A stretch of 64,000 nucleotides of DNA from Rhynchopus sp. YZ270_cl-10. Taxonomy: Eukaryota. Of the stretch, positions 60,992 to 64,000 are shown one piece after another. The DNA is taken from the NCBI GenBank assembly GCA_964035575.1, contig OZ037834.1, forward strand, positions 558,001-622,000, written 5' to 3'. The notes below the pieces were generated by a model. It had not been told where the DNA came from and did not search any database. It worked only from the letters and a program-made list of their open reading frames with translations. The stretch's first letter is position 1. Each line of letters opens with the position of its first letter. Made by a program: the position numbers and the translations under genes.

Positions 60992-61926
60992 GGAAAGGAA
61001 GGAATGAGGGGGCGGTCAATAATGTGAATTTTTTTTCCTTTTTTTGCGCATTTTTTTTTCAACTTTTGTTGTGTAAAAAAAAAGGTACTTTCTTTGATGA
61101 TGATGGCGATGTCTTTTACGTACAAAATAGCTGACCTGAATACAAAGAAAAGGGTACTGTATGGATCACCCTCGGTGGAGGTGTCTACGCTAATACAAAA
61201 AAAAAACCGAAGTTTTCAAAAAAAAACAAATTTGGTTGCGTTGCTTTTTTCAGTCAATTTTTTTTTATCAAAACAAAAATTAAAAATGGATAAAAGGGGG
61301 ATTTGGGAGGGGGTGAGAGAGTAGGCTTTTAGTGTTTAGTGTGGTTGCTGTCGAGCGCACTCCTTTGAAAGAGAGGGGGAAAACAGGGCTGATGGAAAAA
61401 AAACCTATCAAATTTGTTATCTGGAAAAATACAAAAAACCAGAACCTAATCTAACCCCAGGGGTTTTTTTGAGTTTTTTTTTCTTCTTTTTCTTTGAGGA
61501 GTGCCTTGCTTGCGCAACCCACAGTGGTCCTGTCGTGGAGGATTCGTTCTTGAGGATTTGTTCTTTCGATCTTTTTAAGTGCTCAAACACAAAATACCAG
61601 TCCTTTTAAAAAGTACTGTGTATGTTTTCCCCATTTTTTTTGCATCTCCCGCAAAACCCTCCCGGGGGTTGCAAAAAAAGATATAAAAAAAAAAGCAAAC
61701 CAAAAAAACAGTAAGGGAACCGAAAATACTTCGGCATTCATATAAAGGCAAAACATCGATTTCTCTCTTTCACCTCCTTTTTTTTTGCTTTAGTTATTGT
61801 GCTTGCAACCGTTTGTCATGACAAATGTCATGACAAACGGTTGCAATAAATACAGCTGTACTGTGATGTGTATTATGTTATTATGATGGGCAATTATCAC
61901 AATACAGACCACCACTATGGTATAAC

Positions 61927-61984
61927 TGGTGTGGCTGAAAGGGGGGTGCGAAAAAGTGCTATTGTGGGGTCGTCGGCCACACCA
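61927..61984. mobile_element. Family D MITE, shortest copy (58 bp)
   Basis: ATAAC at 61922-61926 and 61985-61989. Confidence 0.88.
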
Positions 61985-62576
61985 ATAACCCACTCTTCAT
62001 ATCAAACACACACACCCACAGGCGTATACACACAGAGAGGGAGACGTAAGCAACCAACAGCACCCTATCCACGACAGCTAAGACAGCAGCGCGCTTTCAG
62101 GGGGATTCAAGTAGGTTAGCAGAGGGGGAGGGGTTGTGAACGTTTTGTTGGTACAAAAAAAGGGGGTTAAAAAAAAAAAAATGGCGTCCGGGGCGAAAGA
62201 AAAAGTAGCGGCAAGGAAAAGCAAGAAGCCAGTTTCGTTGCTTCCAGTGGTATGCTTTTAAACAACAAACCCCCCCCCTTTTTTTTTTTGCAATTACACA
62301 CAAAGCCGGCTGCTGTGCGATAAATTTTTCCACTTTTTTTTCAGATGTAAACCATAAAATGGATTGTAAAATAGCATAGTTGGGGTCCGCCCCTATACAG
62401 CTGGTCATTGTACCAAAAGGTACACTGTTCACGAGAGGGCTGTTTGTATTTCAAGTCAACTTTCTTTTTTCTTCTCCCATCGAGATGCAATAAACAGCAA
62501 TTTTTGTTAACCCTCCCCGCAGGTTGAGAAGGAGAAGGAGTACTCAATAACCGACACGCTATCTTTGCAAGTTCTC

Positions 62577-63639
62577 ATGCCTGGTGGTGTGCAGGCGAAG
62601 GTAGGGCGTGGGGGGCTCATTATAGCGGGCGAAGGGGAGAACACAGACGGGACACGCTCAGCACCCCCACCCAAGCTTCCCACCAAGAAGAAAAGTGACC
62701 GTGAAAAGACCGGTCCTGAAGCGCTTTTAGATCAACCCGCACAGCAACAGACCTATCGTTTTGAAGACCTCAAAATGGGTGAAGTTATTGGCGAAGGGTC
62801 TCAAGCGAAAGGTACGCCCTTTTTTTTTTTGCAACACTCTGGGAGGGGGTAAGATAACCCCGTAGTTGTGCACTGCGCCCCAAAGAAATTTTTGGTGAGA
62901 GGTCGATGTAAATACGACAACACAACTTATCTACAGAATGGTTTTTGATTTTCTGCACACTCCACAAAAAATTTGGTGCGATCAACGAAAAATTCTTTTT
63001 TCTGATTTCGTTTCTTTATTGTTCAGACCAAGGCGACCACTCGACCACGTGGTCGACCATTTTGGCGTGGTCGACCACGTGGTCGACCACGAAAAAAAAA
63101 AAAAAATTTTTTTTCTGAAAAAAAAAACACTTTTTTTTTTTTTTTTTTCAGGTTAAAAATCGGATTTTGTCTTTGCCAAAATTTTTTTTTGGGTCGACCT
63201 TGGGTGGTCGACACCCATATAGCCGTGGAACCCGTTGTAGGACCTCAAAACACCTCGTGGGTGCAGTTTCTGGCGGTTTTGGCCCAGTATGACCACCAAA
63301 ACACGTCGGTGGTCGACCTCATGGTCGACCCCATGGTCGACCATGGTCGAGGAGGTCATTTTCATGGTCGACCACGTGGTCGAGTGGTCGCCTTGTTCAG
63401 ACTAGCTGAAACTCAGATATCAGTTTTAATTTTTTTGACAAAAAAAAAAAAAAATAATCATCCACACTTCGCAGTGAGAAGAGTACGCCATGAGCCCACA
63501 CATAAGCTGTTCGCACTCAAGATTATTTCCTTCGGTTCAGGGATGACCCGCAAGGTGCTTCAAACAGAGCTGTCACGGTGTTCCAACATGGACAAACACC
63601 CGAACCTCGTTGCCTCTCTCGAGGCTTATTTTAAGGAGG
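62577..63639 (+). CDS. MAP kinase kinase (STE7-like), 5' part; exons 62577-62811 and 63475-63639, continues beyond the window
   Basis: FEDLKMGEVIGEGSQAK|VRRVRHEPTHKLFALKII...ELSR...HPNLV....AYFKEG; phase-1 GT-AG intron 62812-63474. Confidence 0.85.
63029..63395. mobile_element. MITE with CAAGG...CCTTG ends, 32-bp TIR and 7-bp TSD (P-element-like)
   Basis: TTCAGAC at 63022-63028 and 63396-63402; the uninterrupted host repeat is at ~23700-23890. Confidence 0.92.
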
Positions 63640-63802
63640 GTATGTACTGTTCTGTCTTTCAATTAATGCTGTGCGATAACGAATGTGATAAAAATGAAAA
63701 GGTGACTAAGCACAGAGAGGCTTCGGGTCATCTTAACTTTTCTTTCTTTTTGTTGTACTTCTTTTTGAACTCATTTTTTTCTGCAAATCGTCCTTCTATT
63801 TA

Positions 63803-64000
63803 CATGGATGTCCAAAGTACTTGAAGTATATCAAGTACTTGATCCCCCAAAAAATCCAATACTTGATACTTCAAGTACTTGACACCCTATTTTTTTTTCT
63901 AGTACTTTTTTACTTGTTCTCCCTCTGTCAAGTACTTTTTTCACAAAAAAAACGTCAAGTACTTGATCAAGTACAAAAAAAAGTGGGTACTTGATCAAGT
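63803..64000. mobile_element. Probable left part of another MITE, cut by the window end
   Basis: Begins CATGGATGTCC, followed by dense CAAGTACTTGA subrepeats. Confidence 0.5.

Overview
Eukaryotic nuclear DNA, most likely from a euglenozoan protist such as a diplonemid (my inference, not a database result). About 14 credible protein genes all lie on the + strand, and six are split by canonical GT-AG introns. They include a KDSR-like SDR, a SnoaL/NTF2-like protein, a UBL+ankyrin protein, a STIMATE/TMEM110-like protein, CLUAP1/IFT38, a Lys/Ala-repeat protein with a mitochondrial-type presequence, an anoctamin, an acylated MGCGGS protein, a secreted Cys-rich protein, an SPFH protein, TRM8/METTL1 and the start of a MAP2K. 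Two near-identical P-loop NTPase + PD-(D/E)xK-like (Crinkler/RHS-type) genes share a ~1.9 kb core but have unrelated ends. The intergenic and intronic DNA is packed with non-autonomous elements. Many have readable terminal inverted repeats (TIRs) and target-site duplications (TSDs) of 2-10 bp, and three have empty sites elsewhere in the window. Other notable items are a 129-bp TIR element carrying a 28S rRNA fragment that ends at the R2/I-PpoI site, two GCGAAGC-hairpin elements with asymmetric inverted repeats, and a ~1.15 kb (CCCCAA)n array ending in a splice acceptor. More than a dozen short TIR-less repeat modules are almost all co-oriented with the genes. All calls were made by eye, without searches.
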